A DNA stretch of 64,000 nucleotides from Camelus dromedarius. Taxonomy: Eukaryota. Made by a program: the position numbers and the translations under genes. Below the pieces are notes generated by a model. It was not told the DNA's origin. It saw only the letters and a program-made list of their open reading frames with translations, and made no database searches. The stretch spans positions 117,182,001 through 117,246,000 of the forward strand of contig NC_087437.1 in assembly GCF_036321535.1 (NCBI RefSeq), given 5' to 3'. Shown one piece after another: positions 41,870 to 56,295 of the stretch. Within the stretch, counting starts at the first letter, position 1, and every line of letters begins with the position of its first letter.

Positions 41870-44590
41870 TCAACACACAGGTAAGAGTGGTTACCCTGTG
41901 CCAGGAGCTGTGTGAGGCGTGGGGGAAATAGAGAACACGGAAATGTTTCTGTTTCCGTGGACCTGATATGTCAGTAATAAAATAATCACCGTAGGGACTG
42001 TTCTCAGCGTTTTAAAGGAATGAGCTACAACTCTGTGAGGACGTATGACAAAGATCCAGACTGATCTAGACAGTGACCCGGGAAGCTCCCCCTAGAGGTG
42101 CCATCTGACTTGGGAACTAACTGGGCAAAGAAGAAGGGAGAGCAGGAAGGCAGAACACTGCAGACAGAGGGCAGTGCCGAGGCTGGCAGGGAGAGGAGGC
42201 CCACGTGGCTGGGGCCCAGGGGGAAGGGAAGGGTCAGTGGTCTTAGATGGGTCTCCAGAGGTAGGTGGGGTGAAGAGCTGCAGGGTCATGGGAAGGCAGG
42301 TTTATGATCTGGATCATTTATGGAAGAACAATGGGCTATGAGCAGTAAACGAGAAAGAGAGCCTGGGGAAGGGATGACACCATCAGCTCTGCCTTTTGAA
42401 GAGGACTCTGGCTGCAGGGCGGAGGAGAGAACAGAGAAAAGGCAGAGAGACTCAGACTGCAGAAGGCTGGATAGAGGAAGGCGGGAGCTCAGACTAGGGT
42501 GCCCATGACGATGAGGAGATGGGGAAGATGCAGAGGTGACAGTGTCACCACGGCTTGGTGACCCCTTGGATGCTGCGGTGAGGGAAAAGGTCAAGGAGGA
42601 ATCCTAGGTTCCAGTGGAAGGGGGCCCCGCGGGGTGGGGGACTGTCTGGTCTTGAGGATGTAAAGTGTAGGTGTCTGGGAGGTATTAAGAGGCAATGCCA
42701 CTCAGCTAGCTGGACTCGGGGGTCTCGCTCAGAGAAGGCCAAGCTGGAGAGATAAGGCTGGGGGGTCAAGAGCGCGTAGATGGCGAGCGTGGATTGGTGC
42801 CCCATGTCAGAATACAGGGCGCGTGGGAGGAGGACATGAGGACTGACACTGCACTTTGAGGAACTGCAATACGAAGGGGCCCAGGAGAGGAGAGCGAGCC
42901 AGGACGGAAGCAGGAAGAGCAGATGGCTGGGTGTCGGTGAAGGTGCCGAAGCCAAGGCAAGGCTGGGTTTCTAGAGTGGGATGTGAGCAGCAGCTTCAAA
43001 TTTAAATGCTGCTGAGAGACGGAGCAAGAGGAGGCCTGGGACTGTCTGACTGGTGGTTTTTGTTTCACGGCAGAGATGACACTGGAAGGCAGACTGGAGG
43101 GGGCTGAGGAATAAGACAAGGGATGGGTGCACTGAATACAGCAATTTTTTACAGAAGTTTGCCCATCGAAGGGGATGAGAAATTGGGCCATAACTGGAAG
43201 ATGAAGGGGAACTGGGGTAAGGGAGTTTGTGTGTTTGCTTTTTCTTCTTTCTTTTGTGATGAGAGGCTCGAGCATCTTGAAAAGCCCAGGTAAAGAGCCA
43301 GCTGAGATGGAACAGGTGATTACGCAGGCCAGAGAATCGAGAGCTGATAATGACAGCAGAGGGATTCTGACGAGCAGGAGGAGGGGAGATCCAGAGCACA
43401 GGGAGGTTTACAGCTGTGGCAGCTGGGGACCGAGGAGACTCCCACCACGTCGCTTTACCCGTCTCTCTGAAGTGATAGCCTGAGGGGAGGCAGGAGGGCG
43501 GACATCCCACAGTCCCTTTGCGAGTTTCAGCTGCCCTACTTTGTTACTCTCGTCAGGCAGGGTTTCACTCCATGGAAAAAGAGACAATGGAGGCCGGGGT
43601 TTTTTGACTGGCAAGGAGACAGGTGTGTGGGGGCCGGAGGGCAGGGACCTGTCCTATCCATCACTGTATCACTGTGACTGACTGGAATATCGGCGCCCAG
43701 GTACTTACTATCAAAGTGATCGGCACAGGAATGAACATTTGTCTCCATTTCAGTTTGCTTCTTTTGGTACTTCTCTAAAAAAACCAAGAAAGAAAGAATA
43801 GGGAACAAACAGAGCCTAAATTCCTACATGACTTCTTTTTCTCACTTGGAAGAAGTCTATGCATTCTTTTATTCTTCCGTATGGTCAGTTTTAAAGTTCT
43901 TGCCCTAGACACCCTGTCATATACTTAAGAAAGTTAAAGGGCATCTTTCCATTTTTAGCTGAATCCTAAGGTGCTAACTTAGCATCCTCTACTTGGTTTA
44001 AAAGTCGTAATTCTCAAAATACATATGAAAAAATACTGTATTCTTATCTATGGAAACTGTAAAATTCATATCCTTTTTTCCCCCAAAGCTTCTGTGAAAT
44101 AACAGAGAAAGGAAAAATAGCATGGCTGTCTATTCTCAAGGCAGGGAGACCAAATAGGCCACTGAAATAACCCAGGCCAGGACCAGGGTGGTGATAGCCG
44201 GGGTTGGGAGAAACGGCAGGATTGTGCACCTATTCTGGGTACATTTTGAAAGATATGTTGACAGACTGAATGTGGGGAGGGAGAAAAACGGGAGTCAAGG
44301 AGGACACCAACGACCAGACAACTGGGAGAGAGATTTTCAGCGACTGGGGTGGATAAAGGTGTGGGAGGACCAGGTTTGGGGCAATGTTTTGGACTTGCTG
44401 TGTTGGAGATGCCTTAGACATCTAAGAAGAGATGTAGGCAGGCAGACATGGGTCTGAAGTTCAGAGGAGGGTCAGGGCTGGAGATACACCTTTGTGGTTC
44501 ATTGGCATTTAGGTGGGTTTCGAGACTATGAAACAAGATGAATTCATCTAGAAAGTCATTCTAGATTAAAAAAGAAAAGGTTCAAGGTCA
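41870..44590. mobile_element. Fragmented ancient L2 LINE pieces
   Basis: Purine-rich L2-like phrases (tgctgagagacggagcaagaggagg, ggtctgaagttcagaggagggtcagggctggagat); boundaries very approximate. Confidence 0.5.
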
Positions 44591-44679
44591 TGCTCCGCAA
44601 TGAAAAACTGGTCTGAAAAAAGTTACCTGTGGGCCAAAGCCTGCAAGTTGGGGGAGGGGGTAAAATCGGCCCCCGTCTG

Positions 44680-45450
44680 TCGGGGGTGGGTAGTGGGGTG
44701 GGGTGACTGGGGCCTGGCCCCTTCCCCTGGTGGTACCCGGGCCAGCTCCAGGCCCACCCCTGCCCGAACGCCTCCAGTGGCCGGACCGCGTGCGGGCGGG
44801 CCCCCGGGCCAGGGTGGCTTGTGAGGGTGCTGCGAAGGCGCAGTCACGCTGTCCGAGCAGGGAAGGACGCCGAGGGCGGCTCTCCACCAGGCTGCACGCG
44901 CTTTGCCGGAGGAAGGTGCGGGACGATCCGCTACGTTACCAACTCGAGTGAAAGCCAGGCAGCGAGGCCCGAGCTCGGCAGGGGCTAGGGTTGTGGGACC
45001 GGGCAACACCGGAAGGCTCGGAAAGTTTAGCAGGAGGCTCCGGCTGCAGCTGGGCGGAGACCTCGGGCTGCGGCGGCGGCGGCGGCGGCGAGGCGGTTAC
45101 CTGCTCCGCGCGACTCCGCGGTAGCGCCAACCCCGCGGCCTCCGGGCTCGGACGCGTCGCCCTGGAAACTGGCACGAGGGGCCTCCTGGGACTGGTCTGA
45201 CAGGAGGGGAGGGGCCAGGGGCGGGGCCGCGAGGTCTGCGCGCACGCGCACTGGGCACCGCGTCTCGCCGGGCAGGGGCCAGCGGTCTAGGGCCGGGGTG
45301 TGAGTCCCTCCCCACCTGACTGCCTAGAAGTTTGCAAGCGGGCCTCCCGCCGTCCCTCGTTGGCGCCCTGGGCCCGCCTGCACCCTGGCCGCGCCCGATG
45401 CACATAGAGGGTTCCCAGCCTGGAAGGGGCGTGGACCGAGAGCGGAGCGC
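44680..45450. promoter_or_regulatory. CpG island: LCA5L promoter and first exon(s), probably bidirectional
   Basis: Dense CpG; GC box GGGGCGGGGC at 45218-45227; NRF1-like CGCGCACGCGCA at ~45239-45250; X-box-like GTCGCCCTGGAAAC at 45156-45169; (GCG)7 at 45070-45090; minus-strand donor CAG|gtaacc near 45100. Confidence 0.8.
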
Positions 45451-45759
45451 TCCTGTTAACGTCTCATAAAGATGGATTTCTTGGTGAAAGAAATTCTTGA
45501 TAATAAAGCAGTATGTGTTGGTGTTGAGAATTTACAATGTATAGGAAAGTACCAAGAAAAAGTAAAAATCACCTCAATTTTAGAATTATAGGTGATTCTT
45601 ATGCAGCGATTGCATAGACATTTTTAGTGATATAAGGGTATAATTAATGAATGTTAATATTACTCTCTTTTCTCTTCCTCACCTCCTCTTCCTCCTCACC
45701 TCTTCCATTGTATCAATGCCTTATTGAATGTCCTTGTATATGAATCTTAGGGGTCACCC

Positions 45760-46210
45760 TGTAATAGAAAAAACAAATCTGACTCCATATGAGATCTCTT
45801 CCTTTGCCTTTAACCCTGTGCCCTGTTTTCTGGGCTTAGTCTTGCCAGCCCTGCACTCACGTAAAGATAACAAGTTGCAGAACAGAGAATAGCATTTGTT
45901 TTGTTGGAGGTTTTGCAGGAGCACCGTGAGCTGGCCCACGCGGACAGCTGCAGGAACGAAGAGCTCCTACACCAAGAAGTTTGCAACAATCAACCACTCC
46001 CCCTCCCCTGTTTTCTTTGTATGTTGGTTTTTTTTGGTATAAAAGTAACCTGTATTCTGACTGGGGGAAGATGGTTCTCTAAGACGTTAGTCTGCCATCC
46101 TATCGTCTGCTGGCTTTTCCAATAAAGTCGCTATTCCTTGCCCCAACACCTCATCTCCCAATTTCTTGACCTGTCCTGGAGTGAGCAGAATGAGTTTGGA
46201 CTCAGTAACA
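45760..46210 (+). mobile_element. Solo LTR (ERV1-like)
   Basis: TGTAAT...TAACA termini; near-TSD accc/atcc; TATAAAA at ~46038 and AATAAA at 46121-46126. Confidence 0.75.
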
Positions 46211-46849
46211 ATCCCTGACTGTTTTCTTAGGATAAATTCCTCCAGGATGCCACAGCCGCCTCCTCCATGAGTAGCAAGAGACTTAAAATAAGACTCACTT
46301 ATCTTAAGAGGACTTAAATATTTGCTCCCTCCTTTGCCCCTAAGGCCCTTGGTCTTGATTTTGAAACCCATCAGAATTGGGTCGCTAGCATTTGAGCTTC
46401 TTACTAGATTTTTAATTCTTCTAATTTTCAACACAATTCATATTATCTATACAAATAAGATGGAGAGAGCCTGTTACAAATATCATTAATTTTCCCCCAA
46501 CGTCTTGCTTGTTGGAGTCCCCGGTGCTGACAAGCCAACTACTTCCCTGCCTGGTCTGAGATGTCAGTGAAACCTTACACGGTCCTCCGCTTGTCAGCTT
46601 CTGTTCTTTAGGAGAAACAGGTGGGACAGGGAGAAAACTAGAAACAGGCCACTCATAAAGGAATCTATTGTCTGACAGTTCATTGAAGTTTTTTTCTTAA
46701 TCTGCCAGAAAATTTTAAAGTAAGGAAGCCGCCCTTTATTTATTTAAAAACTCCTGTGGCAGGGCTGACTCTTCCTGTATGTTTGCCAAAAGCGCTGTAA
46801 ACACAGCCTCCTGCGGCCCAAGACGGGGTTTTCTGAGCTTTTCCAGCTC

Positions 46850-47308
<459 letters not shown>

Positions 47309-49850
47309 TGATGGAATTTGGGGAAATTTCTTCCTGTCCTATTTTCCGAATAACTCAGACTTGGAGGTAGCAGGAGCGGGTATGGCCCAGCGCTGGCCTT
47401 AAATTTCTTTTTGAGGCGTGTGTAAGTAAACGCGGCTCTGCGGATGCCTGTGAGCCCTTTGCTTTCTGCCTTGGTTTGAATGGTGTTGAAGAAGTGCATA
47501 AAATGTGTGATCCGGGGTAGCTGGGTGTGGAAGGGGACTCGAGGAAGGGGGCGTGTTTGATAGTAAAGCTTTTAACATGTGATGTGTGTCATGTTGTGCT
47601 GCATGTATGATAGACTCAGAGGCGCTTTTTTCTTCCTTTTCTTTTTTTTGTGGAGTGTTTCTGCCATTCATTCTTTAAGACTGAGACTAATTTAAAATTG
47701 CAAATAAATGGCACTTTGTGTAACAATATTTGGAGCAGATGATGGACCAGATCACTAAAATGACCCTGGGTGTGGGTGTAGTTACTTGCGTATGTGATGT
47801 AACCGTAAGGAAAGTGTAAAGTTAGCATGTGTAAAACTATTTATTATTTGAGGAAAATGATGTCACAGTCACAAGGGCAAACATCTCTAAGGCCACAGAT
47901 TTAGATACCCTAGGAATCCACACAGACCCAAATTAGGGACTAAAAGCCAACCTCATAACATTGCTTTGTCTGATTTCCTTGCTAGGAATCACTCATCCAC
48001 CTCTCCAAGTCCAGCCTGCGTTCTGTGCAGTGCAGACCTGCCTTAAGAAATAGGGGTAACAGAGGGACCCGTTTCTCCTTGGAAAGGACCCAGGCTTTAA
48101 TTTTAGGCTTGAACCTGCAGTGTCTCCCTGGGACTGAAATTTCCACCAGCATTTTAGCATAGGAGGCTGTGGGGAGAATACAGTTTTATTAATCCTGAGA
48201 GTTGGAGACCAGCAAAGGGGCTGTTTCCTTTTATATCTAGTTCCTGGGCCTTCTCAGCTTGCAGCTTGGGTTTCAGTGGTCACTCAGCCAGGGATGATAG
48301 CCTAGGCGAGTCGCTGGCAGGGGAAGGAGCCCTAACGGCATCTCCTGAATGCCGCCACCCCCAGCCCTGAAAGTTCTTATGGTTTCCACAGAGGGTAAGA
48401 AGAAAACACAAGAAAAGAGCCTGGTTGTCCCTTCTGAGCACAATTGATTGGCAACTGTGTAGTGATCTCTTGAACATCTTTTAACAGGAAAAGGTGAGGA
48501 GGAATTCTTAATGTAAAACTACAGAATCTCTTGTGGCTGTTGATGGATGACCTCAGAAACTTTCAGTTCATCTAAAAAAGCACATTTTTGGATCATTTAG
48601 ATTAAAAAAATTTTTTTTAAAGAAAATGGCTTTGGTAGGTTTCAAATAGGCTGTTGATGCTCATTGCTGGAAACTTTTACCACTAACCTGCCAATCTTTT
48701 ACATATGCTGTAGCCCAGGTTTGAGTGGCCGTGTGTATCCTTCCGGAGACAGTGGACAAATTGTATGGATTTCTTAGGATTATTTGGTGTCCTACATTCT
48801 TGAAGTTTGGGAGCACGATTTAGTTAGCCTGGGAGGATCTGGAGGGGTACTGTTCATTCCAGGATCTCAGACAATCCAAGTTAATTCTGCTGCCCTAAGC
48901 ACATGTTTTTGTGCCACTTTGGGCTGTATGACCTTGGGAAAGTTTCCTTCACCTTACTAAACCTCAAATTTCCTTAACTGTAAAATGCGGATAAGAATAG
49001 TATTCTTCACAGCATTGTCCTGAGGATTCTGAAAATAAGCGTGGAGGGCCCAGTGTAGTGCCAAGTAATAAATATCATCATTATTAATGTTGTAATTACT
49101 AGCTACGGTTAGCTAATATAATTGTTATAACCATCAGTTATTATAATTATTAGTGAGTGTTAGTTAATATTAATCAATATGATTGTAGTTATTATAATTA
49201 TTAGTTATTATTAGATGTCTGCTTCTATGATGACATTTCAGAAGAATTGTGTCAAGCCACATGAATGGAAGAATTTCTGTCTTATCCTGAAGAATGAGAA
49301 CTGGTTATTTCCACAGTGTCGGTGCTAATGGTTCTTCCTGGCTCGGGGAATTTCAGCCAGAAGCCTCTTTGCAGAAGAACCCAGCGCAGCTGCCTGTACT
49401 TACACTTTGTGCGTGGGGGTTGGTCTGCAAAACCTTTACCACTTATTTTTTTAGTCTGTAGACTTTAAAAATAGATTTTTGCCTGGAACCAAGGAGGTCA
49501 CTATGACCTCTGTTGGATGAATGAAATAAATGAAAAAGGGAAAAAACACATGGTAATCTCTTTACAGGGATTAAATATGCAGCTGCATCTCGCATCTTTA
49601 TTTTAACAGCTGATGCCAAAGTGTGCTCAAATGTTTTACCACTTTACAGAGGGAGTTGGGTGACAGACCCTGGGAGCAGAAGAAGGCTGCATCTTCATGT
49701 GTGACCCTCCTCTCTTCCCAAAGACTGTTGTCACAGTGGGCAAAGGACAAAGGGAGAGAGGACAGTCCTCACTGTTTTCAAGGTGCAAAGATCCACCATC
49801 TTTAGGGACAGACCCTTAGGTGGCTCCTGGATTTCTCAATCTTTTTTCCA

Positions 49851-49992
49851 ATTTGTTTTGTTTTGTTTTTCTTTCTTTGTTTTCATTTTGGGGGGAGGTA
49901 ATTAGGTTTTTGTTTATTTATCTTTAGTGGAGGTACTGGGGAATGAACCCAGGACCTTGTGCATGCTAGGCATGCACTCTGCCCTCCCCCGT
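49851..49992 (-). mobile_element. tRNA-derived SINE (Vic-1-like)
   Basis: ggaggtactggggaatgaacccaggaccttgtgcatgctaggcatgcactct. Confidence 0.8.
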
Positions 49993-52367
49993 CCACCCCT
50001 TTTTCCAGTCTTGATTGAGTGTTAATATAGTGGGAAAAACATGGCTCTTAAATTAGATGGAGCTGGATGTGAACCTTGGAAAATTCTTTAATTCCCTGGC
50101 TCCTCAGCATTGTTGTCTTAAAATGGTGATCAGAGTTCCTGCCTGGCATGGCAGTCAGGATGAGTGGATGGCATAAGAGTGTGCTGGGTGCCTGACAGCG
50201 CAGCTTCCAGACTGGTGGTGCAAAGTGATTTTCCACACATGCCTTGGTTCTCATCAACACCCGCCAAGAAGGCAGGGTTCTGTCCATTTTGCAGATGAGG
50301 CAATGGAAGAGCAGAGCCCCTGCCCAGATAGCAACTTTCCCAGCCAGGATGGAAACGCAGGGCACCTCTCACTCAAGTGCAGCGTGCTTTTTACTACAGT
50401 ACAGTGACCTTGTTTGGAAAGGTTTCTAACTGTACAAGACAACAGACGGGAGGTGCCAAGTGAGTGACCCAAAAATCACTCTGATGCATTGCAGTAACCA
50501 ACGGTGGCCAGTGACTTCAAGGCAGAGAACAATACTTTTTGATGAATAAATGTAACAGGATAGGAAAACAGCACTCTGAGCCTCCACTGGGGTCCCAAAG
50601 GCTCCAAGTGACAGACTCCAAGGACCCTGGACCCTCCAGAGGGGCTGCCCAGAAAGACCATGCAGACTGTGGGGCCAGCACTGGCCATGGTGCCCTGGAG
50701 AGGGGAGAAGGGCCCACAGGTGGAAGGGGAGTGTGTCTGGGGTGAGGACTACTGAGGTACTGTGCATGCCCCTCCCCTTGATGTCTTCAAGGCGAGGCTT
50801 CCTCTGGGAGCCGAGGCTGTGTCCCTGAGGTCAGCCCAGGAAGCCACGTGGAGAGGAGCTGTCCTTCGCCAGGGTCCAGTGGGGCTCCTTAACAAGGACC
50901 CACCAAGGAGGGGGACTACAGCGGGGTGCACCCCAACTCGGGTGGGCATCAGGGTGTGGGCCAGCCAGGTGAGCTCACGTGTTCCCCATGCCCCTGTCCC
51001 CTCCTGTGGGCTCATCCTAAGACCCTTCTCCAGCCCTTGGCAGAAGCCAAGTTCTCCAAATAGCCAGATGAGTGATGTGATGCCTTTGGCTCAGTTTAAA
51101 TCACTGGTGTTGGGGGAGTTCAGAGGGCCAGATTTCATTTTTCTACTCTTTTTTTGGGGGGGTGGTAAATAAAATTTAACACTCTATCATGCACCCAACA
51201 GTAAGTCAACTGCCCATAGATGTCATTGCTTGTCAGTAAACAGATCCATTTCCCTCTCCTGTTTTCTCCACGGCTCTTTGACTTTCCAGCAGAAGGAAAT
51301 GTTAAGTCAGGACTTTGGGAAATGTTCTTCTTCTGTTCAGAAATTATAAAATCAAATGAAACCCTTTTTCATCCCACCCCAAGTCTTGACGCATGATAAA
51401 TAGAGATGGAAATAATGCTGGTGATGGGGCAGTGGCTGAGGCTCCTGGGAGGGCATTTGAGGAGGGAAGACAGGAGTTTGGACAGAATAAAGGATGTTGC
51501 CTTCTGAATGTGTAATTAAAAGTCAGCCTGTCTAAAACAAAGACGTCTCTACTCTTTGAAACAGCAAAGTTATCTCTGAAAATAGCCGAAGGAGTAAGTA
51601 ACTTATAAAGTGGCATGGATAATTATGGACAGGCTGGAAAGTACGTAGAGAAATCATGATTAGTTAAAATAATAATTTAGTCCAACAACCTGTCATCAGG
51701 TCTGGTGGGGTTTTGTAATATTCAGAAATTCAGCCGTGCAGCTATGGAATTTGGAGCACAGTTTCTGAGATGAGAAGCAGAAGGTTGGTCTGGGGTTTAC
51801 CCCAGCGGAGCCTTGGGGGAGGGCCCGTCAGTGGAGAAATAGGCTGCTGGTCCTTTGATTCTGAGAGATGTGACACTCAGGAATGTGCCAGAGGACGTAT
51901 GCCAGAAGCTAAAGGGACATTCCATCATTACATACTTGTCTGTATGACTTTTATTTTTATTTTTTGTCTACACTTGCCCCAAACTGAAATATTATCTTGG
52001 CCTGGATCTTCCTGATTATCTTAGGGCAGCTAAGAGCAGCCTTTAATTTATTGATCTCATGCTTTTAGTCACTTATTTTTGTTATGTTGATGGTACAAAC
52101 GTTAATTAAAAAGTAAATGTGTGATTACCATTTACATATGTGTGTATAGGTAATTTATATACAAAATTTTATATATAATTTATATTTTTTATATATTAAT
52201 TAAAATTTAAATTATGGTATTTTATATTTATAATTAATATAATATATGCAATCAAGTTACCAACCAAACCAAATTATATAGAATTTAGTTTTGGTGGTGA
52301 TTTTATTCCAGGACTTAAGCATCCAATATACACCTTACTTTTCCTTATATTAAAGAAGAAACACTCT

Positions 52368-52506
52368 TTTGGTTTTTTTTCTTTTTTGAATGGAGGAGGT
52401 AATTTCAGGTTTATTTAGTTCTTTAAACAGAGGTACCGAGGATCGAACCCAGGACCTTGTGCGTGCTAGGCATGCACTCTACCACTGAGCTATGCCCTCC
52501 CCCAGG
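52368..52506 (-). mobile_element. tRNA-derived SINE (Vic-1-like)
   Basis: 13-bp TSD GAAGAAACACTCT at 52355-52367 and 52507-52519. Confidence 0.88.
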
Positions 52507-53913
52507 GAAGAAACACTCTATACACAAGATGCTGATAGAATCATTCATTTTGGCAAAAATGAATAAGAAAAACATTTTTTTTTGGCGTACAAATCTCTAC
52601 AAAATGAATTGGGTTTAACCAAAAGAGAATTTGAATCTCGATGTTAGGTTTGGGATGGGTGTGTATCTTTTACAGCATTTGTTTGGAATCCTCAGTCTAG
52701 TCCCTCGCTGAGAAGCAAGTTACATGAAAGAGACAAGAAGCCTCAAAAAAGTCATTTTTAATGACTGTTTTCCTTATGAGACAATATTCTATTCAGGGTA
52801 CTAAAAATTAAGATATTAGATATTTTCACATCAAAGGAAATTCTAATTTAAAATTTTAATCTTACTTTTAAGAAATGACCATATTCTACATCGTTAGCAT
52901 CTTTGGTGTGTTCTATACCTCGACTGTACAAATGAATTCTTGACATTTTTTTTCACCCAAATAAGCAGCTTATGAATCTGTTCACGTGAGGAGCTTGGCA
53001 CTATGTTGTGTGCTGAGTAGGGGATCAATAAATAAGTATTGACTGGTTTGTTCAATTGATCTCTCCCAGAGTGCTTACAGCGGGGTCCACACAGTCTGCT
53101 GTAACCTGTTTACCAGTGTTTATGAAAGAGAGCATCGTGCCTTTCTGGGAGTGAATTCTCAGACCGATGTAATTGTTTCTGGGGAAGGAGTTCTGAGCTT
53201 TCAAGATGACCAAATGCACCCTAAATGGTCGTTGTTAGATGCAGTCATTGCACGTGAACCGTGGGAAGGGAAAGGGCACTGGGGCATTGTCTTAGGTGTG
53301 GCTGGCACTTGACCTCAGGGAAGGAGTTGGGTGAGGGTCAGACAGGGGGAATCTGTGGGAGAAGGGGGTTATTTTACCGCGTTGCTGTTCAATGTGCTGG
53401 CAGAAACATCCACCAGCTTTTGTAGCTTTCTTTTTGTCCTTCCCCCCAATAATCTCCACGTGGGCTTGTCAGCTTCCTGTATTATTTCTAAAGCTACTCT
53501 TGTCCAACGTGACTCATGTTCCTATTTTCATAACTGTGAATGAAGGGCCTTTGAGGATGGGGGTACTGGGTATTTGAGTTTCCTAGCATCTGTTTCTTTG
53601 TAACCAGTTCTTATTTATCTATTTTTGGTGTTAAGGCTTAGCAGAAAATTGAAAGTTATTTGAGAACCTCAAATAAAGCTATGAGGAAATCACCATTATT
53701 CTTATTAGGTTGATTATACTGTGATTAAAACGTTGATGAGATTAAAAATTTCAGAATTTAAATGATTACTCTGTTGATCCTTTATAATGAAGAGACGTGA
53801 TTTTATTGTTTTCCTGGTTTAAATACTTAAAAGTATTCGTGTTGTATGGTATAGTTGGAGAAAGGGTTTAATTTATGTAAACATAAGCAAAACAGTTGTT
53901 AGAAACAGCCTAA

Positions 53914-54183
<270 letters not shown>

Positions 54184-54954
54184 TAAAGCAGATCAATTTC
54201 GAGGCAGCATTTGCATCTATTCACATTTTTCAGGTCACGATCTATTTCTTCCATCCAACACCTGGATGGTAGGTCCATTGTGAAGAATCAATATTTAAGA
54301 TTTACAAAATGATGGAAACAGTCAAATGATAATTCAGGAGTTCCTGGGATGATTTTAGGTTCCTTATTTTATTTTGAAGAATCGAGCTCACTGGTTCAAA
54401 TAAAATATGCATTCAGTTGGAAAGAAATTCTGATCGGCCTTGCAGGGTGCTCCTTCACGCACTCACACAGAAACAGGGCTGGGTTTTCACTTTTGTAAAG
54501 AAATTGCAGAAGGAAAATCCTACTGCAGATACAAGAGCAGTTTGCGTAAATGCCTCTAAATAATTAGAAGCTGTTCTGGACGTTTTGATTACAACAGCAA
54601 CTGTGTTTTATACCTTTAGTAGTTCATTTTACCATAAAAATCACTTTTCCCTCAGAGTTTACAGATTATACTTAGTAAGGCAACTTGTTGAAAAGAAACA
54701 TTTAAAAACCCCAAGCATTGTAGAGCATGAGAGCTAGCCATCTTAGGGGCCATGCAGGACTTCCAGGCCGCTCTCCGGACGCGGCAGCGGGTCCTGGAAG
54801 GTGGAGGCTGCTCAGGCCCGTGCTGCCTCTGAAGCCTGCAGCCTGGCGGGGGGACCTTGACTCACCTCTTCTCTTCTTGCTGCACAAAACTGCTGGTCGC
54901 TTAGCTTACGTTCTCTTTATGACATTTCTCTTCTGAAGCAGGTCCCACAGTCTA

Positions 54955-55150
54955 GCCTAGGGGCCAAGGCCTGCAGCTGCCCATTTTACGAAGTAAAGTT
55001 TTACTGGAGCAAAGTTTTACATCCACATGAATTCATTCACCTGTTGCCTATGGCTGATTTTGCACACAGCAGAGCCGAGCAGTTGCGACAGAGACCGCAT
55101 GACCCACAAAAATATTTACTCTACACGTTTACAGAAAAGCTTCCTGGCCT
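54955..55150. mobile_element. MER58A-like MITE
   Basis: gtaaagttttactggagc ... gagcagttgcgacagagacc ... tttacagaaaagctt. Confidence 0.6.
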
Positions 55151-55186
55151 CTGATTTGAAGCGTGGATTGTTCAGTTGTTAGGTTT

Positions 55187-55950
55187 TGTATTAGTGTCCT
55201 AAGGCTGAGGTAACAAAACAGCCCTGCCCCCAGATTCACAGAGTGAAGTCCCAGCGCCCAGTGTGGTGGTATCTGGAGACAGGGCCTTTGGGAGGGGGGG
55301 TTAGATGAGGTCACGAGGGTGGGGCCTTCATGCTGGGATCAGTGCCCCAGCAGGAAGAGGAGGCAGGACTGGCTCCCTCTCTCCTCGCCCTGTGAGCACA
55401 CAGCTGGAGGCAGCCGTCTGTAAGCCAGGAAGAGCGCTCTGGTCAGAACCCGACTAGGCCACCTCTGGCCTCCGGAACTGGGAGAGGACACATTTCTCTT
55501 GCTCAAGCCCTGTCCTGTCGATGGTTTTTCGTTATGGCAGCCCAAGCTGAATATCACAGTGCTTTAAAGTAACAGAAATTTATTTTCCCGCAGTTCTAGA
55601 GGCCTGAAGTTTGAAATCAAGGTGCCAAGGGGGTTGGTGTCTTCTGGAAGCTCTGAGGGAAAAATCCATTTCCGGCCTCTCTCCTAGTTTCTGGTGGCGG
55701 CCAACAATCTTTGGCATTCCTTGGCTTGTTAAGGTGTCATGTCCAGCTCTGCCTCCAGCTTCACAGGGCCTCTCCTTGTGGGTCTCTCTGCATCTTCACA
55801 GGGCCTTCTTATAAGGACCACAGTCATTGGAACGGGCTCCACCCTAGTCCAATATGGCCTCACCATGACCAACTACATCTGTAAATATCCTTATTTCCAA
55901 ATAAGGTCACCTTCTGAGGTTGTGGGTGGACGTGGATCTGTTGGGGGGCA
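55187..55950. mobile_element. MaLR (MLT1-type) LTRs, apparently nested
   Basis: tgtattagtgtcctaaggctg...; gttagatgaggtcacgagggtggggcc; cagaaatttattttcccgcagttctagaggcc. Confidence 0.7.
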
Positions 55951-56295
55951 GTACAGGGAGGTATGAATTTACATGGCTGTTCTTCAGAGGCTTGTCTCAA
56001 AGTCCTGTGGGTCTGTTTTCAGTCTTAATGTGGCCAGCACTTGTGTAGTGGAATGTAAATTCCAGTCCAGCTCTCCGGGATTTCAGCTGGAGTTTCAGGA
56101 GTGCAGAGAGCACTTCCTCTGTCAGGAAGAGCCCCTCCCTTACTCCCTGCCCTCCAGCCCTCCTGTCCCCCACTCCCCTCCAGACCTGTCACCTCCTGGC
56201 ATCACTCCGCCCTGACCTGAATTTCTGAGAACTGTGGCTCTTGTTGGATGAGGAAAGGGAGAATTTTTCTGGGGGAGGGTAGTGGTGATGGACAA

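Noticed and set aside
42545..43510. 136-179 aa minus-strand ORFs
   Set aside because: Lie in L2-like pyrimidine-rich sequence; Ser/Pro/Leu-biased chance or fossil frames
44588..45405. Multiple GC-rich ORFs in all frames
   Set aside because: Expected stop-codon scarcity in a CpG island
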